Notes under the pieces: model-generated
The model's database searches: none
Told to the model about the DNA's origin: nothing
What the model saw: the letters and a program-made list of their open reading frames with translations, nothing else
Part shown: positions 38,193-46,889 of the stretch, piece after piece
Position numbering within the stretch: the first letter of the stretch is position 1
Layout of the letters: each line of letters opens with the position of its first letter
Virus record (IMG/VR): IMGVR_UViG_2795386012_000004
Strand: one strand, 5' to 3'
Length of the DNA: 64,000 bases
DNA from: a virus
Program-made: the position numbers and the translations under genes

Positions 38193-38629
38193 GCGGGCAC
38201 CCGAATCAAGGTGTCAGGCTTGCGCCAGCCGAACGCCGACTTGGCAGCCTCGGGGTGCTTGGCACCGGCACGAAGGTGTGCCCATCCTCCGCGCAGGATT
38301 CCGATGCGATACACCTTGCCGCCCTGTCGGACTCGCACCAGGCTGTCGACTTTGAGGGGGCGGCGCTGCGCCGACATCTTGCCGCCCTGGCGACTGGCGC
38401 ATGGCGCGCACTGTGGCCGGATGTTGCCGCGCCGGTACGTGCCACCGTCAACGCCCGCGACCGGATGCCGGTCAACGGTGATGCTGTCGAAGTCCAAGAC
38501 GGTCGGGCATGTCGAGCACCGGCATGTGGTGCCATCGCCGAATGTGTCGAGCAGCCATTGACGGCGGCGCCGCCGGGACTCAGCCGAGCCACGATCATTG
38601 CGGTTCGTGGTACCGCGCCGGACAGTCAT
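38189..38629 (-). CDS. HNH endonuclease
   Basis: CRCSTCPTVLDFD..VDRHP..NIRPQCAPCA arrangement. Confidence 0.5.
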   Translation of the reverse strand: MTVRRGTTNRNDRGSAESRRRRRQWLLDTFGDGTTCRCSTCPTVLDFDSITVDRHPVAGVDGGTYRRGNIRPQCAPCASRQGGKMSAQRRPLKVDSLVRVRQGGKVYRIGILRGGWAHLRAGAKHPEAAKSAFGWRKPDTLIRVPA

Positions 38630-38883
38630 GCGTCACCCAACTCGCGTAGTGCGGCGACGAGGCGGGCGACCAGCTCCGAAATGCGCTGTGCGTCAGTGCT
38701 GTTTCGGGCGTCAATGCAATCCCACCCGACGCCGAGGTCGGCACGGGCAATGTCGGTGAGTCGGACGCAATGCATGTCCTCGCTGACGTGCACGACCTCG
38801 GTCACCCGATCGTTGTTGGTGGTACGGGGCGGCACGAAGCCATCGCCATCTGTCGCGGTCCACCATGGCGCCAGGGCGGTCAT
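38626..38883 (-). CDS. hypothetical protein
   Basis: 85-aa ORF. Confidence 0.4.
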   Translation of the reverse strand: MTALAPWWTATDGDGFVPPRTTNNDRVTEVVHVSEDMHCVRLTDIARADLGVGWDCIDARNSTDAQRISELVARLVAALRELGDA

Positions 38884-39164
38884 CGGGCACCAGCCTTGAG
38901 TCCGGCGACGTAGGTGCGGGCGATGGCGGTGCGCGCCTTGCGGGCGGCGTCTTCGTCGCCAACCCGGAAGCCGGGCGAAGATTCACCATCGGCCAGTGGC
39001 GCAATGAAGACCTGATCGCCGTAAGCAGGGTCGAAGCCTGACCAGGACGACGCCACCACTTCGTCGTTGACAAGAGTGTCAGTGTTGTCGCCGTTGGCGA
39101 TGTGCTCGATAAGGAACGGGGGAGTGTTGGCCCGTGCCGGGGGTAATTGGGTAGCGTTGGACAT
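38880..39164 (-). CDS. hypothetical protein
   Basis: 94-aa ORF. Confidence 0.4.
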   Translation of the reverse strand: MSNATQLPPARANTPPFLIEHIANGDNTDTLVNDEVVASSWSGFDPAYGDQVFIAPLADGESSPGFRVGDEDAARKARTAIARTYVAGLKAGAR

Positions 39165-39205
39165 GCCGAAGGCCTTCCTTGAGGTGGGAATTCGGTTCTC
39201 GATGG

Positions 39206-39247
39206 CGCTGACGGCGGGGGACTTTGGCGAGTAGACCGCCGTCAGCG
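39206..39247. terminator. 12-bp perfect-stem hairpin (cgctgacggcgg..ccgccgtcagcg) followed by TTTG on plus strand
   Basis: Inverted repeat with 18-nt loop in the 114-bp intergenic gap between the cro-xis operon and downstream early genes. Confidence 0.35.
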
Positions 39248-39278
39248 TTTGGGGGTTATTCAGTTGTGGGAGTTGGGA

Positions 39279-39635
39279 TTATGAAGCGGCCAGGCGCCGC
39301 TTGCGGCGCTCGGCCCATGCGCGTAGCTCGGTGGCATCCCACCGGAGCCGACTGCCGACCCGAGTAGGCGCCGGAAGGTCGTAGAGTCCGCGACGGCTCC
39401 AGTCGCGCAATGTCTGCGGGTGGATGTCCAAGATCGTGGCGGCGACCTTGGACGTGACCAGGATGGGCGTTTGCGCCTCGCGCTGGATGCGGAGCAGGGC
39501 GCGAAGAGTCTCGTGGGGGGAGAGTGGGGTGAGGCCGGTTTCGGCGATAGTTGTTGCAATGCGGGCCATTTCGACCGGCGAGCTGTTGGCGGTCATACCC
39601 GCCTGGGCGGCGAGTTCCTGAAGGTTCGCGGTCAT
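39279..39635 (-). CDS. excisionase-like HTH DNA-binding protein
   Basis: VTSKVAATILDIHPQTLRDWSRRGLYDLPAPTRVGSRLRWDATELRAWAE; ATGA overlap with cro-like gene. Confidence 0.5.
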   Translation of the reverse strand: MTANLQELAAQAGMTANSSPVEMARIATTIAETGLTPLSPHETLRALLRIQREAQTPILVTSKVAATILDIHPQTLRDWSRRGLYDLPAPTRVGSRLRWDATELRAWAERRKRRLAAS

Positions 39636-39934
39636 GCGCCAATCTCCGTGACGCTGTAGTCGGTGGTGATCGCGGCCAGCGGTATGCCGAGTACATCGGC
39701 AATCTTGCGGGCTAGGTCGGGCGTGCATGCCTTGCGGCCGGACTCGATATTGGATAGGTGCGACCGGCTCGTCTTGACGGCCTCCGCAAGACGGATCTGC
39801 TTCCAGCCATAGGCACCTCTGAGTGCCTTGATAGTCGCCCCTGTCCTGATGGGGTCGTCGCTGCGTGTCACCATGTGGACAACAATAGGAAACAAATCGG
39901 CATCAGTCAACCGGAAACACCGAAATTTGGCCAA
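39632..39934 (-). CDS. Cro-like XRE-family HTH regulator
   Basis: HTH ATIKALRGAYGWKQIRLAEAVKTSRSHLSNIESGRK; divergent from repressor-like gene; start 39934 (TTG) or 39874 (ATG). Confidence 0.65.
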   Translation of the reverse strand: MAKFRCFRLTDADLFPIVVHMVTRSDDPIRTGATIKALRGAYGWKQIRLAEAVKTSRSHLSNIESGRKACTPDLARKIADVLGIPLAAITTDYSVTEIGA

Positions 39935-40020
39935 TATTGCCGATTATGCAGGTAGAACATGCCGTAGCTCTCGGGTAGAGTATGGAAAATGTTTCCTCTA
40001 TTCGGATATAAGGAGGGCCG
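39935..40020. promoter_or_regulatory. divergent promoter/operator region of prophage-1 switch
   Basis: 86-bp gap with GGAAAC repeats and dyad GGAAAATGTTTCC; strong SD AAGGAGG before 40021. Confidence 0.4.
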
Positions 40021-41352
40021 ATGACAGCGGAAACTCACGCCGAGAGGCTTGGGCGGTTGGTTCGTGCACGCAGGAAACGACTTCAAATGCACACGGCGGC
40101 CGACCTAGCTGCGGCTGCGCAGGTATCCACCAGATTGGTTGGTGACCTGGAGACGGGTCGACGCTCCAACTTCTCGCAGTCAAACAAGGCCGCCCTTGAA
40201 GAGGTGCTCAGGTGGGAATACGGCTCCATTGACGACACCCTGGGCGGGGGCGAACCTACTGAGAAGAGCGCTGATCATGAGGGAACGGCAACAAGACCTC
40301 ATCCTCGTTTCCCTCGCGATGTATCACGCGATACGGCAATGAGTTACGACATCATCTTCGGGCAAGCCGCCACGCGTAATCGAGAGCGAGCGGGACTTGA
40401 TATCGCGGCGGCTGCTCGACTAGCCGACCTCCCCGAGGCCAGATGGGTCAACATCGAGTCCGGATGGCCCGACCCAATACAGTCATCCGAGGTCATCGCA
40501 ATTGCGCTCGCCCTCAACTGGGACACTTACGAGGCCCTAACACTGGCTGGATACCACGGGCTCGGCCAGGGGGCGGACGACGGTACTGACGACACGGGCT
40601 CTTTGGATACAGAGATCCTGACCGAGGCCGTTCTCGCCGAACAGAGCCGGTACGAGGCGGTAAAAGCGGGATTCATTCGGAGTCGGCAAATCTCGACCTC
40701 GGCAATGGTGAATTTCCTGGAGATGGCAATGCTGGCGGCAGATGTAATCGAGCACCCGGCGCCGATCGAGGATCGCCGCCAGATCGCAGAACAACTTCGA
40801 GATGCCGTCCGGATCATCACAGTTGAGTACCTGATCCAACTCGAGCCTGCCGGGGAAACTCGGGATCTGGTCAAGCGGGCCACGGCATTACTCACCCCAG
40901 AGCATCAGCGACATGCTGACGACTACAGGGAGAAGTTCCGCAGAATTACCACCTTCCTAGCAGGCCCCAGGGACGATGAAGACGCCAACGTCACCTCCCT
41001 CGCCGACCGCCGCAGGCCGGTGCCACCGCCGCCAGACATTGACGCCCTCGATGTCGCCGCGTCCCGGCGCGAAAAGCTATCCGATGGCGAACGCGACGAC
41101 GAGGACGGGCCGCATGAGTTGTCGCTGTCCGACAAAAAGTCTCGTCGCAAGATCAAGTACGAGTTCAACTCCAGCGCAGAGGCATACGAGTATGCCCGCG
41201 AGTTCCTGATCGCCGAAGGTGAAAAGCCGCACCTGGTTGACGCTGCCCTCGGCGATGCGGGCCGACACATTGCAGACACGAGCGCAAGGGGGTGGGCCGT
41301 CCGCGTCCGCAAGATCGCGGGTAGGGCGGCAGCCAGCCATGAAGACGAATGA
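40021..41352 (+). CDS. double-HTH (XRE-family) repressor-like protein, 443 aa
   Basis: Two XRE-type HTH segments (residues ~10-70 and ~115-175), long acidic C-terminal region; AAGGAGG RBS. Confidence 0.7.
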   Translation: MTAETHAERLGRLVRARRKRLQMHTAADLAAAAQVSTRLVGDLETGRRSNFSQSNKAALEEVLRWEYGSIDDTLGGGEPTEKSADHEGTATRPHPRFPRDVSRDTAMSYDIIFGQAATRNRERAGLDIAAAARLADLPEARWVNIESGWPDPIQSSEVIAIALALNWDTYEALTLAGYHGLGQGADDGTDDTGSLDTEILTEAVLAEQSRYEAVKAGFIRSRQISTSAMVNFLEMAMLAADVIEHPAPIEDRRQIAEQLRDAVRIITVEYLIQLEPAGETRDLVKRATALLTPEHQRHADDYREKFRRITTFLAGPRDDEDANVTSLADRRRPVPPPPDIDALDVAASRREKLSDGERDDEDGPHELSLSDKKSRRKIKYEFNSSAEAYEYAREFLIAEGEKPHLVDAALGDAGRHIADTSARGWAVRVRKIAGRAAASHEDE

Positions 41353-41842
41353 CAGCGCTGTAGTTCCTGGTCAGCGCCGTATTTGTCGGTGGCCTGTTCT
41401 AGCGTCTCGCACCATGATCACGAACCACTGGCATCCATGGCGAACGCTCGCCGAGCACTATCCACACATCGCTGTTTCCTGCGATCACGTCCTGCCCCGG
41501 GGAGTGGCCGGACTGATCAAGGGCAACACCATCTGGCTGTGCAAGAGCCTGACACAGGCTGAGCGCCGCTCGACGTTGACGCATGAGTTGATCCACGTTG
41601 ACCGGGGCATCGCGCCGGTCATCCACCGCGCCCGCGAAGAGCGCTATGTGGACGTGCTGGCGGCACGCCGACTCATTCCGCTGCCCGCGCTGCTGCGTGG
41701 GCTGCAATGGACCAACGATGATTACGAACTGGCCGAAGAGCTTTGGACCGATGTTCACACCGTGCGGGTGCGACGCCAGACCCTAACCTCTGCTGAGCGG
41801 GACTGGCTCGCTGACCGTGTTGAAGACCCGCAACGCCCATGA
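41339..41842 (+). CDS. ImmA/IrrE-family zinc metallopeptidase
   Basis: HEXXH motif THELIHVDRG; 14-nt overlap with upstream HTH gene. Confidence 0.75.
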   Translation: MKTNDSAVVPGQRRICRWPVLASRTMITNHWHPWRTLAEHYPHIAVSCDHVLPRGVAGLIKGNTIWLCKSLTQAERRSTLTHELIHVDRGIAPVIHRAREERYVDVLAARRLIPLPALLRGLQWTNDDYELAEELWTDVHTVRVRRQTLTSAERDWLADRVEDPQRP

Positions 41843-42036
41843 ACACTGTTGAAGCCCTTGCTATGGAACGCATTTGGTGGCCTGCATCCGGCGCCAAGGA
41901 TGAGGCAATACGCGAGCGTTTCGGCCTATCGCCGGTCCGCTACTACCAGAAGTTGAACGCCATCATCGAGACGCCAGAGGCGCTGGCCATCGACGCACAG
42001 ACCGTCAACCGACTGCGACGGATAAGGGGAATGTAG
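41839..42036 (+). CDS. DUF3263-family small protein
   Basis: 65 aa MNTVEALAMERIWWPASGAKDEAIRERFGLSPVRYYQKLNAII..; ATGA overlap. Confidence 0.55.
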   Translation: MNTVEALAMERIWWPASGAKDEAIRERFGLSPVRYYQKLNAIIETPEALAIDAQTVNRLRRIRGM

Positions 42037-42492
42037 ATGGCGGCGGCTTCGGGCTTCTGGCTTCAGATACTTGGCATAGCGATCACCCTCGGGGGCTCGC
42101 TCGATGCCCTGAATCGAGCTATAGGAATACTTCCTAAGTGCTGCAAGGTGTTTGATCAACTTCTGGCATGGCTGCGCACTATCCTTGCTAGCCGCCGTGG
42201 TGACAAGACGGTAAGTCCGCTGCCCGCCAGGCCGGAACTCATTGGAGGCACGCCGCGCGTGAAGGTCACCTCAAATGACCGTGCGAAACGACTTGAGAAT
42301 GTTGAGAATGCATTAGAGGACTTGAAGGCGGGCATTCGCCCAACGATTGATGACGCCATTGAGTCCCACCAAGCCGGACGAGATGACCTCAATAGGCGTT
42401 TCGAAGTGCGCGACATTGCCATGACCATCGGCGGTGCAACCATTTCGGCGATCGGCTTTGTCATCGAGCACTGGTCATTGTTCCAGCGGTAG
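42037..42492 (+). CDS. membrane protein (lower-GC moron next to integrase)
   Basis: N- and C-terminal hydrophobic helices; visibly lower GC than flanks; TAGATG junction. Confidence 0.5.
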   Translation: MAAASGFWLQILGIAITLGGSLDALNRAIGILPKCCKVFDQLLAWLRTILASRRGDKTVSPLPARPELIGGTPRVKVTSNDRAKRLENVENALEDLKAGIRPTIDDAIESHQAGRDDLNRRFEVRDIAMTIGGATISAIGFVIEHWSLFQR

Positions 42493-42502
42493 GAGACCCG
42501 AC

Positions 42503-43825
42503 ATGCGAGGTAGACCGCCGCGACCTATCGGGGTGACCGGCAATGTAATCCTGACCGAGCTACGCCCCGGCACGTGGCAGGCCATCGTACGTGTGCGTGA
42601 TGCCAGTGGTAAGTCACGAAAGGTACTGAGGGTCAGTCCACCGCGCACCGACTCTCGCGGGCGCCCTGTGCCAGACCGAGACGGCGTGCGCGCACGCGAC
42701 GCGGTGCTTGCCGCCGCCGCCGACCTGTCGGTGTCGGTGCTCGATGCGGAGCTGTCGACAGAGACCACCATCCGAGCGCTGTATTACGAGCACTACCGGC
42801 CGTACCTTGTAGATCAGGGGAGGGCGCCTGCCACCCTTGACCGGTATGACTTTGAGGCCAAGGGATTTGACTCCGCATTCGGCCATAGGCGTCTCATGGA
42901 GGCGCCAACTCCGGTGATGGAGAAGTTCCTGACAACGGTCGCTGACACGCGTGGCGCCGGGGCGGCGAAGTCGTCGCGAACAGTGCTGTCCGGGATGTAC
43001 AACTACGCGATCCGCATGAGCAATGGCGCGATCACGGTCAACCCTCTGCGCGAAGTGAAGCTGGCGCGACGTAAGGGCGCCAAGCGTGGCGGTGCCAGCC
43101 AGCTCACCGTTGACGAGGTGCGCGACATCCTCATCGCGGTACGGACTTCGGACCTGCCATGCCCCCGAATTCTGGCCAAGGCGGAGCGCGAGAAGAACGT
43201 CGGAAGCTACACGCCACCAACGGTTGCCGAGTTCTGCGCGGACGCCGATATTGTCGACTGGATTGTGATGCTGATTGCCACTAGCCACCGCCGCAGCCAA
43301 TCACTGGCAACGACCTGGCCCGAGCTGGACCTGAAAGCTGGTGTCATGCGTCCCACTCGGAAGTTAATCCGCGTCAAAGGCAAAGGCTTGGTACTGGTGC
43401 CCATTGAGGACGACACCAAGGGTTCTGACAATGAGATTGCGTTGCCCCAGTTCGCCATCGATGCTCTCAAGCTACGGAAGCGGCGCCTTGCCGAGCGCCG
43501 ACTAGTTGACCCGCGTCCGGTATCGGCCGACTACGAAGACTTGGTGTTCCCGTCCGAGAACTGGACGCCCCGCGACCCGAACAACGTCGCGGCCCAGTGG
43601 CGTCGCGTGCGGTCAGCGCTGGGGCTGCCCGCCAGCATCACGGCTCACAGTTTCCGCAAGGCCGTAGCGACCATTCTCGATGACGCCGGACTGTCTGCCC
43701 GCGTTGCTGCTGACGTGCTTGGGCATGCCGATCCGTCGATGACTCAGCGCTTCTACATGGCGCGCGGACGGGCGCACAGCGAAGCCGCGACTGCGCTGCA
43801 CCAGGCCATCGCGGGCGAGTCCTGA
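42503..43825 (+). CDS. int: tyrosine integrase (integrase 1)
   Basis: C-terminal catalytic region HSFRKAVATILDDAGLSARVAADVLGHADPSMTQRFY (R..HxxR..Y); GGAGA RBS before ATG 42503. Confidence 0.85.
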   Translation: MRGRPPRPIGVTGNVILTELRPGTWQAIVRVRDASGKSRKVLRVSPPRTDSRGRPVPDRDGVRARDAVLAAAADLSVSVLDAELSTETTIRALYYEHYRPYLVDQGRAPATLDRYDFEAKGFDSAFGHRRLMEAPTPVMEKFLTTVADTRGAGAAKSSRTVLSGMYNYAIRMSNGAITVNPLREVKLARRKGAKRGGASQLTVDEVRDILIAVRTSDLPCPRILAKAEREKNVGSYTPPTVAEFCADADIVDWIVMLIATSHRRSQSLATTWPELDLKAGVMRPTRKLIRVKGKGLVLVPIEDDTKGSDNEIALPQFAIDALKLRKRRLAERRLVDPRPVSADYEDLVFPSENWTPRDPNNVAAQWRRVRSALGLPASITAHSFRKAVATILDDAGLSARVAADVLGHADPSMTQRFYMARGRAHSEAATALHQAIAGES

Positions 43826-43868
43826 TGCCGTGGACATCGCCCAAGATGGTGGGCACTAAATGGACACT

Positions 43869-43990
43869 AATTCGCACGACGTGGCGATTATTCGCAACTA
43901 CATTCGACTATCCAAGACTATCCAAAAATCGAAGTATCCGCAGGTAGTTACACCCTTTTGGGCAACGCTTGACTATCCATAACTATCTCT
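43869..43990. repeat. arm-type direct repeats (attachment-site arm)
   Basis: gactatccaa x2 tandem at 43906..43925, gactatccat/aactatctct at 43971..43990, ttcgca x2, cactaa x2. Confidence 0.55.
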
Positions 43991-44015
43991 GCTAGCCCAT
44001 ATTTTTGCGATTGTG

Positions 44016-44049
44016 GGGGTCAGGGGTTCGAGTCCCCTTAGCTCCACCA
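44016..44049 (+). other. att core: 3' fragment of tRNA-Ala gene (T-arm + acceptor 3' strand + CCA), no 5' half
   Basis: AGGGG-TTCGAGT-CCCCT T-arm, acceptor TAGCTCC, discriminator A, CCA (G3:U70 Ala identity); no matching 5' acceptor strand GGGGCTA upstream. Confidence 0.6.
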
Positions 44050-44123
44050 TATGACCTGCGGAAACGCAGTCAGAAATGGTTATCCAACATTTCATCCAAC
44101 AATGTTGGCGCTAGGATGCCGCC

Positions 44124-45242
44124 ATGGCGTCCATTCGAACCCGAACCCTCCGCAGCGGTGCCGAGGTGTTCGATGTGACCTATCGCCATGAGGGGCGGCA
44201 GCTTTCGATCACGTGGGAGGACCGTCCGAGTGCCGAGGCATTCATGGCTGCAGTCGCCGCTCACGGGCACCAGCGGGCATGCGAGCTCTATCAGCTGAGC
44301 CCGGTCGCCCGGCAGCGCAATGAGGCCAAGATGACGGTGGCGGAGTGGGTAAAGCACCACATCGATCACCTGACGGGCCTCGACGAGTACACGATCTACA
44401 AGTACAACTCTTTCCTGGAGAATGACATCGCTCCCTTGCTGGGGCAGATTCCTCTCGATGAACTGTCGGAAGAGGACATCTCGCGATGGGTCAAAAATCT
44501 GGAGGAGACGCCGACCAAACGCGGGGGGAAGATCAGCGCGAAGACGCTCCGCAACAAGTATGGCTTCCTGTCTGGCGCGCTCAACGCTGCCGTGCCGAAA
44601 CGCATCCCCAGCAACCCTGCTGCGGGCCGCAAGCTAAAACGGGCGGGCGGCGATGAAGACGACGATCACGACATCCAGATGCTCACACACGAGCAGTTCG
44701 ACCTTTTGCAGGACTCGACCACTGAATACTGGCGCGAATTCCAGGAGTTCCTCGTCGCGTCCGGATGCCGGTGGAGTGAGGCGACAGCCCTGCAGCCAGC
44801 CGAACACATCGACAAGCGCAAGGGAACGGTCAAGATTCGTCAGGCGTGGAAGTACTCGCCTGGCAAGGGGTACTACCTCGGTCCTCCAAAGACGAAACGC
44901 TCACGGCGCGAAATCGACGTCCCTGATCACATTCTCTCGCGAGTGGACTTTTCGAGTGAATGGATGTTCGTGAATCGTGATGGCGGGCCAATCCGGTATC
45001 ACGGTTACAAGCGCCGCGTCTGGGATAAGGCTATCGGGCGCTCAGAATTGAATCCGAAACCAACACCGCACGATCTACGCCACACATGTGCCTCATGGCT
45101 GTTGTTGGCAGGTGTTCCGATTACCGTGGTGTCCCGTCATCTGGGCCACGAGAATATCCAAATCACTGTTGACACATACGGAGACGTCGATCGGGCCAGT
45201 AGCAGGGCTGTCGCCGATTTCATGAGTAAGACTCTCCGCTGA
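44124..45242 (+). CDS. int: tyrosine integrase (integrase 2)
   Basis: HDLRHTCASWLLLAGVPITVVSRHLGHENIQITVDTYGDV catalytic box; N-terminal SAM-like domain. Confidence 0.85.
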   Translation: MASIRTRTLRSGAEVFDVTYRHEGRQLSITWEDRPSAEAFMAAVAAHGHQRACELYQLSPVARQRNEAKMTVAEWVKHHIDHLTGLDEYTIYKYNSFLENDIAPLLGQIPLDELSEEDISRWVKNLEETPTKRGGKISAKTLRNKYGFLSGALNAAVPKRIPSNPAAGRKLKRAGGDEDDDHDIQMLTHEQFDLLQDSTTEYWREFQEFLVASGCRWSEATALQPAEHIDKRKGTVKIRQAWKYSPGKGYYLGPPKTKRSRREIDVPDHILSRVDFSSEWMFVNRDGGPIRYHGYKRRVWDKAIGRSELNPKPTPHDLRHTCASWLLLAGVPITVVSRHLGHENIQITVDTYGDVDRASSRAVADFMSKTLR

Positions 45243-45356
45243 GACCAGATCGTTACCTAATTTCAAGGGTTTCGGTCGGGTGACAGGGTGTAACGTTTTG
45301 TTCACTCCGGGGTGTGTCTAACTTCTAATTCCTTTAATTCACAAAGGTTTTCGCTG

Positions 45357-46091
45357 ATGCCTGCTGCTCTAATCACGTTTACCCTCGTCACGGTCTGTTG
45401 GTCTCTGTGGATCAGGCGCGTGACTTGGACCCGCCGTATGGAAGTCGCCGCCACCCTCAACATCGCGTTGCAGGGTGCGGCGATTTTTCTTATGTCCCCG
45501 TTGGCATCTCGAACTCTCGGGGTTTGGTTGCACGCACCAACCGGGTGTTGGAACCTTGAGGATCTGATCGGCCACGATTGCTATGTTGTTGCAGCGTCGG
45601 CGCTTTGCTACCACATGATTATCCGTTTGGATCAGGAGCAGTTGAAACGGCGGTTCAAGCTCCACGTGGAGCTGCCCGCGACTCTCTGTCTACCGATCAT
45701 GCTGGCGTTGTTCGCTATCGGCAACAGCGTCAAGGTCTATAGCGATGACTTCTTTCGCGTCGTTGCGGACCTTTCGCTCATCGCCTATTGGATCGTGCTT
45801 TGCGGAACGCTGATGTACCTGCTGGGTTACAGCATCTATTCGCTGATACCGATGTGGCGGGACCGGCCGGCGATCCGTGGGCTATGTGGGTCTTACATGC
45901 TGGCCGCAGGGTTCGGGATGGCCGCGTGCGTGGTCAGGATCGCGACGACGTTCCTACCTGCTGAGATGCAAGATACTGCAGCGGCTTCGCTGCCGGTGTG
46001 GCTCCTTGCGTGCTCGTGCGGGTTCGGGTTCGCCGCAATCTCAGCTCACTCCTGGTTGGAGAAGGGTCGACTTACGGGGCGGGTGCATTAG
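45357..46091 (+). CDS. polytopic membrane protein (lower-GC) between integrase and repressor
   Basis: Six or more hydrophobic segments; lower GC; 3' end overlaps repressor gene convergently. Confidence 0.5.
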   Translation: MPAALITFTLVTVCWSLWIRRVTWTRRMEVAATLNIALQGAAIFLMSPLASRTLGVWLHAPTGCWNLEDLIGHDCYVVAASALCYHMIIRLDQEQLKRRFKLHVELPATLCLPIMLALFAIGNSVKVYSDDFFRVVADLSLIAYWIVLCGTLMYLLGYSIYSLIPMWRDRPAIRGLCGSYMLAAGFGMAACVVRIATTFLPAEMQDTAAASLPVWLLACSCGFGFAAISAHSWLEKGRLTGRVH

Positions 46092-46476
46092 GGCTGAAGG
46101 TATCGGGGTGGATTGGCGTGCGTTTGGTTTTCTTGGCGGGCCGCGCCTTGGTCTCCGTGCGGCCCTGGGCTTTTGGGCTGACGGAGCCCCCGGTGAATCC
46201 GGGGAAGCCTGGTTGTGGCTCGGTGATGCCGAACTCCACGAGCAGATTGAAGTAGCCCTCGTCGCCTAGTTGGTAGTGGGCGGCGATGAGTCGTAGTTCT
46301 TCGGCGTTCGGGAAGTCGTCAGCGTCTTTCCGGCCGGGGGTGCGCTTGTCGCCGCGGTATTGCCATGCGGTCAGTCCGGCTGCTTCGTGGACCTGGGTGA
46401 CGGTGAGGTCGCTTCCGACTATCTCGGCTTGCAGGAACGTTTTCAGGTCACGTCCTCTGCGGTCACTTCTCGGCAT
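46072..46476 (-). CDS. repressor-like HTH protein
   Basis: HTH LTVTQVHEAAGLTAWQYRGDKRTP; divergent from Cro-like gene across operator-bearing gap. Confidence 0.5.
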   Translation of the reverse strand: MPRSDRRGRDLKTFLQAEIVGSDLTVTQVHEAAGLTAWQYRGDKRTPGRKDADDFPNAEELRLIAAHYQLGDEGYFNLLVEFGITEPQPGFPGFTGGSVSPKAQGRTETKARPAKKTKRTPIHPDTFSPNAPAP

Positions 46477-46613
46477 ACCGGAATGCTATCCCGGATTTCC
46501 GGAACCCGTCAAAGTTTCGTGACATGCGGAAACGTACCGACTGAACGCGACACGATTCCGGATTTCCGGAATGTAATGCCGGAATTCCGATATGCGGTGC
46601 TACTGTTCCTGAC
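46476..46613. promoter_or_regulatory. divergent promoter region with three 12-bp dyad operators CCGGAwwTCCGG
   Basis: ccggatttccgg at 46491..46502 and 46558..46569; ccggaattccga at 46579..46590. Confidence 0.55.
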
Positions 46614-46889
46614 GTGAGCTACGGACTGGAATGGCAGCCGCAGGGTGTGCGGAACACCTTGGCCACCAACAACATTGAGACTGTCGCTGAACTAGCGAGA
46701 TTCCTTGGCGTCGGATCATCGACCGTCTATGACGCCTTCGACCGCAACTGGGCGGGACGGGCGACGCCGACGCTGATCGATGCCATGTGCCAGAAGTTCG
46801 GCATTCCCATGAGCCAGATCGTCGTCGAACCGATGACAAAGGCCCGGCCGAAGCAGATCCGGGCGCGGCGGGCGGTGACTGTCGTATGA
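46614..46889 (+). CDS. Cro-like HTH regulator
   Basis: NIETVAELARFLGVGSSTVYDAF HTH; first gene of rightward operon. Confidence 0.55.
   Translation: MSYGLEWQPQGVRNTLATNNIETVAELARFLGVGSSTVYDAFDRNWAGRATPTLIDAMCQKFGIPMSQIVVEPMTKARPKQIRARRAVTVV

Larger units (their letters stand above)
1..44049. mobile_element. Prophage 1 (siphovirus-like; left end outside window; right end at tRNA-Ala 3' core)
   Basis: Contiguous minus-strand phage structural, replication and immunity genes ending with tyrosine integrase and arm-type repeats next to a partial tRNA 3' end. Confidence 0.8.

Noticed and set aside
40021-41352. 443-aa HTH protein as a transposase
   Set aside because: It has two XRE HTH modules but no DDE or other catalytic motifs, and its context is a Cro-facing switch with an ImmA partner.
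43999-44015. Anticodon-loop-like tttgcga (TGC = Ala) just upstream of the tRNA fragment, suggesting a full tRNA-Ala
   Set aside because: Flanking bases do not form an anticodon stem, and no D-arm or 5' acceptor strand (GGGGCTA) is present. Only the T-arm and acceptor 3' strand are tRNA-derived.
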